This document shows positions 17,684 to 26,730 of a DNA stretch of 64,000 nucleotides, one piece after another. Origin of the DNA: Dehalococcoidales bacterium. GTDB taxonomy: Bacteria > Chloroflexota > Dehalococcoidia > Dehalococcoidales > RBG-16-60-22. Each line of letters opens with the position of its first letter. Position 1 is the stretch's first letter. A program made the translations under genes and the position numbers. The stretch covers positions 84,429 through 148,428 of the forward strand of contig JBEKAC010000002.1 of the NCBI GenBank assembly GCA_050018395.1, given 5' to 3'. Under the pieces are notes generated by a model that saw only the letters and a list, made by a program, of their open reading frames with translations, did not search any database and was not told the DNA's origin.

Positions 17684-18040
17684 TTGAATGCGCTAGGCAG
17701 ACATTTACTGGTTGAACTTCACGACTGTGACAGGGAGGCTTTAGACAACCTGGACCTTATCCGCGACGTCATGGTGAAAGCCGCCGTCGACTGCGGCGCG
17801 GTGGTGCTGGGCACTTCCTTCCACCACTTTACTCCCCAGGGAGTGAGCGGGGTGGTGGTCATCGCCGAGAGCCACATCTCCATCCATACCTGGCCGGAGT
17901 TCGGCTACGCGGCGGTGGACGTTTTTACCTGCGGCACTACCGTTAATCCGGAAAAGGCTGCCGAGGTGCTCATCGAAAAACTTGGGTCGAAGAACTACTC
18001 CACCCGAGAGATTCTAAGAGGGGTCCTGGTAGCCGTGTAA
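17684..18040 (+). CDS. speH: S-adenosylmethionine decarboxylase proenzyme (class 1B)
   Basis: [12 protein letters not shown]... and the self-cleavage motif [12 protein letters not shown]. 118 aa. Directly upstream of speE. Confidence 0.9.
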   Translation: MNALGRHLLVELHDCDREALDNLDLIRDVMVKAAVDCGAVVLGTSFHHFTPQGVSGVVVIAESHISIHTWPEFGYAAVDVFTCGTTVNPEKAAEVLIEKLGSKNYSTREILRGVLVAV

Positions 18041-18056
18041 AACACGGTATTTTTTT

Positions 18057-18980
18057 ATGGATACAGACCCGGATAAAAACTGGCTACGCGACAAGATTAA
18101 CGAAAACTTTTTGCAGCTGCACCGCATCGACGAAGTGCTGTATGAGGGGCAGACTAAATATCAGTCTGCCAAAGTTTTCCGCAGTCCGCTTTTAGGCGTG
18201 TGCCTGGTGCTGGACAACAAGATACAGTCCACCGAGCGGGACGAGTTTATCTATCACGAGGCGCTGGTGCAACCGGCCATGATCACTCATCCGGGACCGG
18301 AAACCGTATTTATCGCCGGCGGCGGCGAAGGCGCCACGCTGCGGGAAGCCCTCCGCCACAAGACCGTGAAAAGAGCGGTCATGGTGGATATCGACGACCA
18401 GGTGACCGCGTTAAGCAAACAGTATTTGCCTAAACACGCCGGCGGCGCTTTCGAGGACATCCGCGCCGAAGTGCATCACGTGGACGCCAGGGAATTTTTA
18501 AAGAAGTCCAAGGAAAAGTACGATATCATTATCATCGATCTGCCGGACCCCATCGAGGAAGGGCCGGCGGCCATGCTTTATACCCAGGAATTTTTCTGGA
18601 TCGCCCGGGAAAAACTTAACATCGAAGGCCTGATAGCCGTGCAGGCCGGCTCCGCCAATCCCACCGAACTGCTAAATTTCACGGCGGTCAATAAAACGCT
18701 GAAAAGCGTTTTCCCCGTCGTCACCCAGTGCGCCGTATATATGCCGTGCTTCGGGGGGCCGTGGGGATTCTGCATCGCATCCAGAAAGCATAATGCTTCC
18801 ATGCTGACGTCCTATGAAGTGGACGGGCGCATTAAAGACAGGGGACTGACCGGGCTCAAATTTTACGACGGGGAGACCCACCGCGGCATGTTCTCTCTGC
18901 CCAAATATATCCGGGAAGCAATCGCGGCACAGACCAGGATTATCACGGATAAAAAGCCGCTGTATCTATACAAGAGCTAG
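18057..18980 (+). CDS. speE: Spermidine synthase (polyamine aminopropyltransferase)
   Basis: YQSAKVF...LVLDNKIQSTERDEFIYHE, GGGEGATLRE and IIIDLPDP motifs. Confidence 0.9.
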   Translation: MDTDPDKNWLRDKINENFLQLHRIDEVLYEGQTKYQSAKVFRSPLLGVCLVLDNKIQSTERDEFIYHEALVQPAMITHPGPETVFIAGGGEGATLREALRHKTVKRAVMVDIDDQVTALSKQYLPKHAGGAFEDIRAEVHHVDAREFLKKSKEKYDIIIIDLPDPIEEGPAAMLYTQEFFWIAREKLNIEGLIAVQAGSANPTELLNFTAVNKTLKSVFPVVTQCAVYMPCFGGPWGFCIASRKHNASMLTSYEVDGRIKDRGLTGLKFYDGETHRGMFSLPKYIREAIAAQTRIITDKKPLYLYKS

Positions 18981-19000
18981 CTATAAGCTGTAAGCTATAA
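18980..19000. repeat. Heptamer repeat copy (GCTATAA GCTGTAA GCTATAA) starting in the speE stop codon
   Basis: Same unit order as in 2067-2101. Confidence 0.8.
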
Positions 19001-19120
19001 GTTCCCCCGCCCGTTTGCCCCACCAATTTTTTCACCGAGGTAACAACGTGGCCAAAATCTCCCTTAATCCCTTCAGGGAGAACCTTCAGGATGAACCCTC
19101 CTTACCGAGAAGGAAACATA

Positions 19121-19169
19121 CAAACAAACAGGCTGGCGGGATTTTACTCTCACCAGCCTGTATTTGTTT
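19121..19169. terminator. Bidirectional terminator between speE and the zinc-ribbon gene
   Basis: CAGGCTGG-N16-CCAGCCTG flanked by caaacaaa on the left and tatttgttt on the right. Confidence 0.6.
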
Positions 19170-19184
19170 AGATGACTGATTTAA

Positions 19185-19484
19185 CTAGCTGCGGTTGCTC
19201 CGCATTTTGCTGAAGCAGTCGCTGCAATAGACTGGTCTGCCTTCGCGGGGCTCAAAGGGAACTTCCGTTTCCTTGCCGCACTCGGCGCAAACGGCCGGGA
19301 ACATCTGGCGGCTCTTTGCACCACCGGCACCCATGCGCTCACTTTTCCTGGCCTGTCGGCAGGTAGGGCAGCGTTTGGGCTCGTTGGTATAACCCTTGGA
19401 CTGGAAGAACTCCTGCTCCGCAGCGGAGAAGGTGAACTGCGCACCGCAATCGGAACACTGTAACGTCTTGTCCTGAAATGCCAC
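19185..19484 (-). CDS. Zinc-ribbon protein (two CxxC pairs, duplicated)
   Basis: CSDCG...CPTCR and CAECG...CSDCF. 99 aa with basic linkers. Confidence 0.65.
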   Translation of the reverse strand: MAFQDKTLQCSDCGAQFTFSAAEQEFFQSKGYTNEPKRCPTCRQARKSERMGAGGAKSRQMFPAVCAECGKETEVPFEPREGRPVYCSDCFSKMRSNRS

Positions 19485-19794
19485 GGATGACCTCCTTTCT
19501 TAAGTTAGTTGGTTAGAGCTAAGGTCATCCGTTCAGGGTCGGGATAAAGTAATGTGCTTGCATTTGTGATAACCTAGACAGAAAACCACCGTTGGATATT
19601 ATATATCGCAAAAATTCATTTTGCAATAGGCCTGCCACTATTTTTTATAGCTGGACCGGCTCAGCATCTGGCCGTTCCGCCTGCCGGCGCCAGATATTAA
19701 GCTTGACGCAGGGGAATTTATTGTATAATAAAATACCATATAATTTCCTGGTACAACCACTATCCCGATAAGGAATTCGGAAAGGAGGAGCTCA

Positions 19795-20562
19795 ATGACC
19801 TCTGACCAGTCAACCGAGAAAAAGCTGTATAGTCTGCGTACCTGGAACATCGTTGTCGGGCTTATCCTGGCGGCACAGGCGGTGGCGATGGCCCTGCTCA
19901 CTAACAATTTCTCTCTCCCGGTAACGGGCACGTTCATGGAAGGACCCCCGGGCAGTCCCGCCGCATTACATCATCTTTTCAATATCCAGACCGGTTGGGG
20001 CGTTTTCCTGTTTATAGCGATATCCGCCGCCTCCCTTTTACTGATCGCCTCCCCCTGGGTGTTCCCTTGGTACAAGCGGAACCTGCTGGAAAACCATAAC
20101 TACGGACGGTGGATGGAATATTTCTTCAGCTCCTCCATAATGATTGTGCTGATCGCCCAGATTTGCGGCATCAGCGATATTGCCGCCCTGATAGCTATTT
20201 TCAGCGTCAATGCCTGTATGATTCTCTTTGGCGCCCTTCAGGAAAAGTATGAAAAGCCGGGTCACCGGGGCTGGCTGCCGTTCTGGTTCGGGAGCTTTGC
20301 CGGCATTATCCCCTGGATTGCGGTTGTTATCTACGTTATCGCACCGGGAGTAAGCGCTTCTCCGCCCGGCTTCGTCTACGGGATTATCGTTTCCCTGTTC
20401 GTTTTCTTCAACTGTTTTGCCGTCAATATGGTGCTTCAGTATAAACAGGTCGGTAAGTGGCGGGACTATCTTTTCGGCGAAAAGGTCTATATCATCTTGA
20501 GTCTGACGGCCAAGTCATTATTGGCGTGGCAGGTTTTTGCCAATGTGCTGGTATTGAAATAG
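19795..20562 (+). CDS. Heliorhodopsin
   Basis: Seven hydrophobic helices. From memory, long blocks are near-identical to heliorhodopsin 48C12: SSSIMIVLIAQICGISDIAALIAIF, LPFWFG..AGIIPWI.VVIYVIAPG and PGFVYGIIVSLFVFFN. The Schiff-base lysine context is SLTAKSLLAWQ and the counterion context is RWMEYFFSSS. AGGAGG RBS. Confidence 0.88.
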   Translation: MTSDQSTEKKLYSLRTWNIVVGLILAAQAVAMALLTNNFSLPVTGTFMEGPPGSPAALHHLFNIQTGWGVFLFIAISAASLLLIASPWVFPWYKRNLLENHNYGRWMEYFFSSSIMIVLIAQICGISDIAALIAIFSVNACMILFGALQEKYEKPGHRGWLPFWFGSFAGIIPWIAVVIYVIAPGVSASPPGFVYGIIVSLFVFFNCFAVNMVLQYKQVGKWRDYLFGEKVYIILSLTAKSLLAWQVFANVLVLK

Positions 20563-20634
20563 AACCTCAAGACATCCCGGATATCGCTGAATATCCAAGC
20601 GGCGGATAGTCTAGACCGTCAATCGAAGCCGGCT

Positions 20635-21024
20635 TTATTTACGGCTGAGAAAGTGGACCGTGAAAACGTGAGTCCCGCTATCCGTGACCGGCACGATAAT
20701 CATATTGGTCTTGATGGTCTTGCCCGTCTCGATGTTCTTGACTCTAACATCGAGGCAGCCCGCCACCATTTTCTCCGACGCATTGGTATAGGCGTCGATT
20801 ACGGCGTCCTGGTCTTCTTCGACAACATCGGAAAGCGGGGCTTCCATCTTCGCCCATTCTGCGGGCGACTTATAGCCCAGCAGGTCGGCGAATTTCTTGT
20901 TGCAGACTTTGTGAGCGTCGTCCAGGTAGATGTATATCGCCTGACCGGATTTTTCAAGGACGGGTTTGAGCTGGGCGGCCATTGCCTTTACTATTTCCTC
21001 ATGATGGTGCTCTTGTGTAACCAT
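20635..21024 (-). CDS. Hypothetical cytoplasmic protein (129 aa), convergent with the heliorhodopsin gene
   Basis: AAAGGAG RBS lies before ATG 21024 (MVTQEHHHEE). No family recognised. Confidence 0.5.
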   Translation of the reverse strand: MVTQEHHHEEIVKAMAAQLKPVLEKSGQAIYIYLDDAHKVCNKKFADLLGYKSPAEWAKMEAPLSDVVEEDQDAVIDAYTNASEKMVAGCLDVRVKNIETGKTIKTNMIIVPVTDSGTHVFTVHFLSRK

Positions 21025-21226
21025 TAATTTTGCTCCTTTAACATTATTGATATGTGTTAATTCTAGGGAAAAACATGTGAAGAAATAATAAAATAGAAGA
21101 GAAATACATGACGTTTTAATGACATTTGAATTCGCTGAGTGATAGTAACAGCGGTCATGCTTTGACATGCCTCCGACCAACTTTTATACTTAAAACATCT
21201 AGTTTTGTAATTCAGGGAGAAGAACC

Positions 21227-21781
21227 ATGAATCTGCCAGCGCCATTGAATACGGAAAACACCGTTTTGTTACTCATTGATTTCCAGGAAAGGCTTTTCCC
21301 CGTCATGCACGAAAAGGAAAAGCTTTTGCGCAACGTTTTAAAGCTCGTCAAGGGGATACAGGTGCTGGAGGTGCCGATTATCGTCACCGAACAATATCCA
21401 AAAGGCCTCGGCCCGACTATCCCGGAGATACGCGAGCTTATCCCCGGCATCAAGCCGGTAGAAAAAGTCTGCTTTTCCTGCTGTGACGAGCCGGCGTTCG
21501 GGGAGGCGCTGGTAGCGCTAAAGAGCAAACAGGTGCTCATCGCCGGCATCGAAGCGCATATCTGCGTCTACCAGACGGCCATGGCGCTGGCCCGGGCGGG
21601 CTACGAAGTACAGGTCGTCGGCGACGGCGTTGCCTCGCGCGACCCCGAGAATAAACTGGTGGCGCTTTTCAAGATGGGCGCGGCGGGCATAAGCCCCACC
21701 ACCACCGAGATGGCTTTGTTCGAGCTGCTCAAGGTGGCTAAAGGCGATAAGTTCAAAGCCATCAGCGCCATCGTGAAATAA
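21227..21781 (+). CDS. Isochorismatase-family cysteine hydrolase
   Basis: LLLIDFQ... and VLIAGIEAHICVYQTA (catalytic Cys context). Confidence 0.85.
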   Translation: MNLPAPLNTENTVLLLIDFQERLFPVMHEKEKLLRNVLKLVKGIQVLEVPIIVTEQYPKGLGPTIPEIRELIPGIKPVEKVCFSCCDEPAFGEALVALKSKQVLIAGIEAHICVYQTAMALARAGYEVQVVGDGVASRDPENKLVALFKMGAAGISPTTTEMALFELLKVAKGDKFKAISAIVK

Positions 21782-21782
21782 A

Positions 21783-22154
21783 ATGGCTAAATCAACGACG
21801 CCTAAAAAAGAAGTTAAGACCATGGCCTGCCGGCGCTGCGGCGTTTGCTGTACCCTGCACCAGGCTTTCGTCACGCCGGTGGACATCGACAGGATCATCA
21901 GCTACCTGGGGATAACCATCTACGACTGGGAAGAGCTTTACGACGATAGCCGCTGGCAGTACTCGGAATACCGTCTGATACGCCACGTAAACGGCGCCTG
22001 TGCCTTCCTGACCTTTAACGAGGGTTTGGCTGCCTGCAATATACACGGCGTCAAGCCGGCGTGTTGTGCGAACTGGCAGCCGGGGCCGGAGCGGACGGAG
22101 TGTAAAGAGGGGATGGAGAAGGGGGCGAAACCACTTTCTAGTAATAAACTATGA
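21783..22154 (+). CDS. YkgJ-family cysteine-cluster (CxxCxxCC) protein
   Basis: ACRRCGVCCT near the N-terminus plus later Cys residues. The C-terminal residues run into a low-GC insert. Confidence 0.7.
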   Translation: MAKSTTPKKEVKTMACRRCGVCCTLHQAFVTPVDIDRIISYLGITIYDWEELYDDSRWQYSEYRLIRHVNGACAFLTFNEGLAACNIHGVKPACCANWQPGPERTECKEGMEKGAKPLSSNKL

Positions 22155-22829
22155 GTGTATATATTGTAGGCAAATTTCCATCTCCGCTTTATCGGGCATT
22201 TAATAAAGAAGAATATGCACGTAACTTGACGGAGCATGGTATCTTCCAACTGCGCCCACTTCCTTACTACAATAAAATAGAAGATATAAATCGTAAAGAT
22301 AAAAGTGAGGGTGAAGGGAGAGCGGTGATTCACATGGATCGTCCAGTATTGACACTTGATAGGAAGTCAGGGAAAAGAATATCTGAGAAAAATGAGTATG
22401 GACCAGTGTATTTTGGCACTGCTTCTATAAAAATCTCGTTATATATTGTGCTTCTCGGGGCCGCAAGTTGATTTAAATTTTCTAGCAAACAAATATGGGT
22501 CTTATATAGTTCGTTTAAATCAGCCAAACGAATTAGTACGCCAAATTGCTTATTACTTGGAGAAAAATCCTAACTTGCCTGAAACTATGTGGCTTGACTG
22601 CGTTCAAGTTAGATATGACAAAGATCAAATTATATCCCAATTACCAGCTCCAGCTAGTGAGGAAAGGGTAAGGATGTCTTATGGACAAAAACACCCAATA
22701 TTCTCAAGCGATTGTGAATATCGTCTTGTCCTGAAACTGTCAATAATGATTAGCAGTTGTCCAATAGAAATCAAAATCGAAATGCAAAAGAAACTCGATT
22801 GTGCTGAATTGTTGCGGTTAAGAGGATAA
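22151..22829 (+). pseudogene. Low-GC hypothetical gene split by a frameshift at an A5 run (about 22429-22433)
   Basis: ORFs 22151-22471 and 22446-22829 are in different frames. Reading through the A run joins ...YFGTASIK to (K)SRYILCFSGPQVDL.... Confidence 0.5.
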
Positions 22830-25301
22830 TACCAAACTCTGCCTTGCCCGTATATCCCTTGATGAGCTGCCCACCTGTATCTCGAACTCGCCGGGCTCAA
22901 CTGCCCAGTCTTTAATCCCGGGGTCGTAAAAAGCCAGGGCTTCCTTATCCAGCGTAAAATCCACCGTTCTGGTTTCGCCGGGCTCAAGGCTGATTTTCCG
23001 GAAAGCCTTTAGTTCTTTGGGCGGGCGCGGGACGCGGGAAGCAATATCGGCAACGTAGACCTGGACCACCTCTTTGCCCGTCACTTGGCCCGTATTTTTC
23101 ACGTCGATGCTGACGCTTACCTTTTCTCCGGCTTTGACCTTGAGCGGGGACACTTTTAGATTTCTGTATCTAAAGCTGGTGTAAGAAAGCCCGTGCCCGA
23201 AGGGGAATAAGGGCTCGATTTTCTTCGCGTCATAGTAGCGGTAGCCCACGAAGATACCCTCGCCATAAAGCACCCGGCCGCTTTCGCCGGGGTAATTGAT
23301 AAAGGTGGGGTTGTCCCCGAGGCGGCGGGGGTAAGTGTCCGGCAGCTTTCCGGAGGGGTTGACGTCGCCGCAGAGGACGGCGGCGATACCGTTGCCGCAC
23401 TCCTGGCCGGGGTAAAGCGCTTCCACCACGGCGGGGACATCATCGATCCAGCCCGCCATGTCCACCGGCGAGCCGTTGTTCAGGACGACAATGGTGTTCG
23501 GGTTGGCCGCGGCGACTTTTTTGATGAGCTTGTCCTGCCCCGGGGGTAGCGCCATGTCTTTTCGATCGAACCCCTCGCTCTCGTACTCTTCCGTCAGCCC
23601 GGTAAAAACGATGGCAGCACCGGCCATGGACGCGGCCCTGGCGGCGCGTTCCTGGAGGTCAGGCGGCAGCGGGATATCGCAGCCGAGCCGGAGCGAGCGC
23701 ATTAACGAACGACTGTTCGTGTTACGGCAGTACCCGATTCTGATGCGGTACTTTTTACCGGCCTGCAGCGCTATTTCGCCCACGGTCTCCGGCACTTTAA
23801 AGTCCTCGAATTCAGCGGTGCGGTCGCTCCAGTTGTTGCATACCGGCTTATCGTTAATAAAGATGCGCCCCCAGCCGTTGGTCGTCAGCCCGAATTTATA
23901 TTTTCCCGTAGCGGGCGCTTTAAAGATACCCTGCCACCGGATGGAAAATTCGGCCTTCTTTATCTGCGGCACAGGTGTGGTGCCTTCCATGCACGTGAGC
24001 TTAAAAGACGTGTCCAACCGCGTCGCCATCGGTTTACCGGCCAGGTTGTTATTAGGGAAATATTCACCGGTTAAGCCGGGCCGCCCGTTTTCCCCGGAGA
24101 GCAGGTAATCGGTATCTAATATATGGGTGGCCACATTATTGGGGCAGCCAAGCTCATAGGTTATCTTTATTTTCTTCCCCAGGCGGCTGCGGAGCGCCGC
24201 CAGAGGGGAAACGGTGTAATACGGCGTTACCGCCGCACTGCCCCCGCCCTCGACCCTCGCCTCCGCGGCGTTCGGCCCGATGACCGCGATAGACTTGATG
24301 GTCTTTAGATCAAGTGGCAACAGGTTCCTATCGTTTTTCAGGAGGACGATGGATTCCTCCGCGGCTTCGCGGGCTAAACGGCGGTGCGCGGGAAAGTCTT
24401 TTATTTTGGCGGGAGGGGGATTGTTGCTATCCAGAGCGCTAGTGTTTTGCAGCAATCCTAAAAGCCGGCGCACTTTATCGTCGATGATTTTTATATCGAC
24501 TTTGCCGCTCTTGACGGCTTGAAGCAAATCGTCCCCGAAGTAACGCGCCGGTCCCGGCATTTCCAGGTCCAGCCCGGCTTTAGCCGCCGGCACGACGCTG
24601 TGCGCGGCAAACCAGTCGGACATGACCAGCCCTTTAAAGCCCCACTCCTCCTTCAGAACCTCCGTCAGCATCCAGCGGTTGGCCGAGGCGAAAGTGCCGT
24701 TCAGGCGGTTGTAGGAGCACATCACCGACCAGGTTCCGGCCTCTTTCACCGCTTTTTCAAAAGAGGGGAAGTAAATTTCCCGCATCGCCCTTGCGCCGGC
24801 CTCGGAGCTGATGGTCAGGCGCTGGTATTCCTGGTTGTTCAGCGCAAAATGCTTGACGCAGGCGCTCACCTGGCGGCTTTGAATGCCGGAGATAATCGCC
24901 ACCGCCATTTTTGCAGATAAAAAGGGGTCCTCGGAATAGCTTTCAAAATTCCGGCCGCCCAGCGGTGAGCGGTGGATATTAACGCAGGGCCCCAGTAAAA
25001 CGGAGCAGCCCCGCGCCCGCGCCTCGTCGCCGATAGCCGCGCCCACCCGCCGCACGAGCTCCGGGTTCCAGGTGGCCGCCAGGCCGACGCCGGTGGGGAA
25101 ACAGGTGGCCGGGAGGGTAACGTTAGGGTTATTTTCGTCCGCCGTCCGGGCGCCGTGGGGTCCGTCGGTAACCTTGATGGACGGTATCCCCAGGCGCTCG
25201 ATGCCGCGGGTATGCCAGAAATCGGTACCGGCCAGCAGCGATATTTTTTCCTTGAGCGTCATCCGCTTGACCAGAGATGCGATGCTTTTTGCCATGGTCA
25301 T
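22818..25301 (-). CDS. Glycoside hydrolase family 3 beta-glucosidase with an inserted PA14-like domain
   Basis: MTLKEKISLLAG, KHFALNNQE and GLVMSDW (nucleophile Asp context). C-terminal fibronectin-like domain. 827 aa. Confidence 0.9.
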   Translation of the reverse strand: MTMAKSIASLVKRMTLKEKISLLAGTDFWHTRGIERLGIPSIKVTDGPHGARTADENNPNVTLPATCFPTGVGLAATWNPELVRRVGAAIGDEARARGCSVLLGPCVNIHRSPLGGRNFESYSEDPFLSAKMAVAIISGIQSRQVSACVKHFALNNQEYQRLTISSEAGARAMREIYFPSFEKAVKEAGTWSVMCSYNRLNGTFASANRWMLTEVLKEEWGFKGLVMSDWFAAHSVVPAAKAGLDLEMPGPARYFGDDLLQAVKSGKVDIKIIDDKVRRLLGLLQNTSALDSNNPPPAKIKDFPAHRRLAREAAEESIVLLKNDRNLLPLDLKTIKSIAVIGPNAAEARVEGGGSAAVTPYYTVSPLAALRSRLGKKIKITYELGCPNNVATHILDTDYLLSGENGRPGLTGEYFPNNNLAGKPMATRLDTSFKLTCMEGTTPVPQIKKAEFSIRWQGIFKAPATGKYKFGLTTNGWGRIFINDKPVCNNWSDRTAEFEDFKVPETVGEIALQAGKKYRIRIGYCRNTNSRSLMRSLRLGCDIPLPPDLQERAARAASMAGAAIVFTGLTEEYESEGFDRKDMALPPGQDKLIKKVAAANPNTIVVLNNGSPVDMAGWIDDVPAVVEALYPGQECGNGIAAVLCGDVNPSGKLPDTYPRRLGDNPTFINYPGESGRVLYGEGIFVGYRYYDAKKIEPLFPFGHGLSYTSFRYRNLKVSPLKVKAGEKVSVSIDVKNTGQVTGKEVVQVYVADIASRVPRPPKELKAFRKISLEPGETRTVDFTLDKEALAFYDPGIKDWAVEPGEFEIQVGSSSRDIRARQSLVLSS

Positions 25302-25333
25302 TTCTCCGGCGATATTAGCCGTTGACAGAATTA

Positions 25334-26158
25334 TCAGGCGGGCAGCGCTTTCAGGAAAGAAGAAACGGCTTCTTTGAAAGCCTCCGTCTGCTCGCGGCGG
25401 ATGTTATGGCCGGCGCCTTTGATTAACACCCACTTGAAAGGCTGCTTAGATTTCCAGATTTTCGCAGCGTTTTGCGCGGCCGCCACCGGCACGATTCCGC
25501 CATCGGAGATAATGAGCAGGGTAGGACACTTTATTTTGGGGACGAGTTCGGTATAACCTGCCGGGTTTAAAAGCGGCCGGGAAAACATCGTGGGGTCAGC
25601 CTGGAGCTTGGCGGGCGCCCAGGGCTCTAGCTCCGCCTCCGACCAGCGGGGATTCAGTTTATGGCCTTCCGCCTTAATCTCTGCAGCGGTTTTATTCTGG
25701 TAGCCGGCCAGCACCTTCATCAAAGACTCCCGGGGCGGCACACGCTGCGGGTCGACTTTATCCATCGCTTCCTGCGGCATCCAGCCGGGGTCCTCGAGGA
25801 TGATGGCTCTGGGGAGAGAAGGATATTTTACCGCGACATTCGTCGTCGTGCCTGCCCCCATAGAATGCCCCATGATAAGCGGCTTTTTCAGTCCCAGTTC
25901 TTTAACCAGCCCTGCTACCTGGTCCGTGGGTGCGTCAAAAGAATAATCCGGGCCGAACCGGGCGGAAAGACCGTGCCCCTGGGCGTCCGGCATGATGACA
26001 TCATACTGCGCTGACAGCCACTCGGCTATCGGCGTCCAGCAAAGACCATTATCCGTGGCGCCGTGCAGCAGGATGAAAGGCGGCTTGGCACCGCCGGTAC
26101 GGTAATAGTGGATTTTAACTCCTTCAAGGGTAACATCGTTTTGTGTGTATTTAAGCAT
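25334..26158 (-). CDS. Alpha/beta-fold hydrolase
   Basis: PPFILLHG, nucleophile elbow GHSMGAG and a late GAGHN His. Confidence 0.85.
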   Translation of the reverse strand: MLKYTQNDVTLEGVKIHYYRTGGAKPPFILLHGATDNGLCWTPIAEWLSAQYDVIMPDAQGHGLSARFGPDYSFDAPTDQVAGLVKELGLKKPLIMGHSMGAGTTTNVAVKYPSLPRAIILEDPGWMPQEAMDKVDPQRVPPRESLMKVLAGYQNKTAAEIKAEGHKLNPRWSEAELEPWAPAKLQADPTMFSRPLLNPAGYTELVPKIKCPTLLIISDGGIVPVAAAQNAAKIWKSKQPFKWVLIKGAGHNIRREQTEAFKEAVSSFLKALPA

Positions 26159-26305
26159 CGCGGCTCCTTTCCATACTTGATTACCCCATTTTACCCAATC
26201 CGGCTATATATGGCAAAGACGGACGTCTAAAGTGTTGTTATAGGCAATTCCGAAAAAAAATGCTAGTATATAGCCTAGACTCTTTTATGCTAGGGAGGGT
26301 ATAAA

Positions 26306-26698
26306 ATGGAAACCAGGACGATCAAGCAATCGGTGACGATTAAAGCCAGCCCCCATGATGTCTATGAGGCACTGATGGACGCCAAAAAGCACGCCAAATT
26401 CACCGGCGGGAAGGCGACTGTCAGCCGGGAGGTGGGGGGTAAATTTTCCGTCTTCGACGCGTATGCCAAAGGGGTCAACGTCGAGCTGGTGCCGGATAAA
26501 AAAATCGTGCAGAGCTGGCGGGCGGAAGACTGGCCGGAGGGTATTTACTCGCAGGTCACTTTCTCTTTTAAAGCGGCCGAAGGCGGCACGAAATTGACCT
26601 TCACGCAGACAGGCGTGCCGGAAGAGTTTGCCGACGATATCGCCCAGGGATGGAAAGACTATTACTGGGGGCCGATGAAAGAAATGCTGGAAAAATAA
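26306..26698 (+). CDS. SRPBCC / Aha1-domain protein
   Basis: 130 aa. The IKASPHDVYEALMD...FTGG pattern is typical of AHSA1-like SRPBCC proteins. Confidence 0.75.
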   Translation: METRTIKQSVTIKASPHDVYEALMDAKKHAKFTGGKATVSREVGGKFSVFDAYAKGVNVELVPDKKIVQSWRAEDWPEGIYSQVTFSFKAAEGGTKLTFTQTGVPEEFADDIAQGWKDYYWGPMKEMLEK

Positions 26699-26730
26699 TC
26701 CAGCCAGGATAATCCGCAGGAGATGAGCCG

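Noticed and set aside
19638-19937. 99-aa minus-strand ORF overlapping the heliorhodopsin start
   Set aside because: It overlaps the promoter, RBS and 5' end of a strongly supported gene. It has no RBS and an odd composition.
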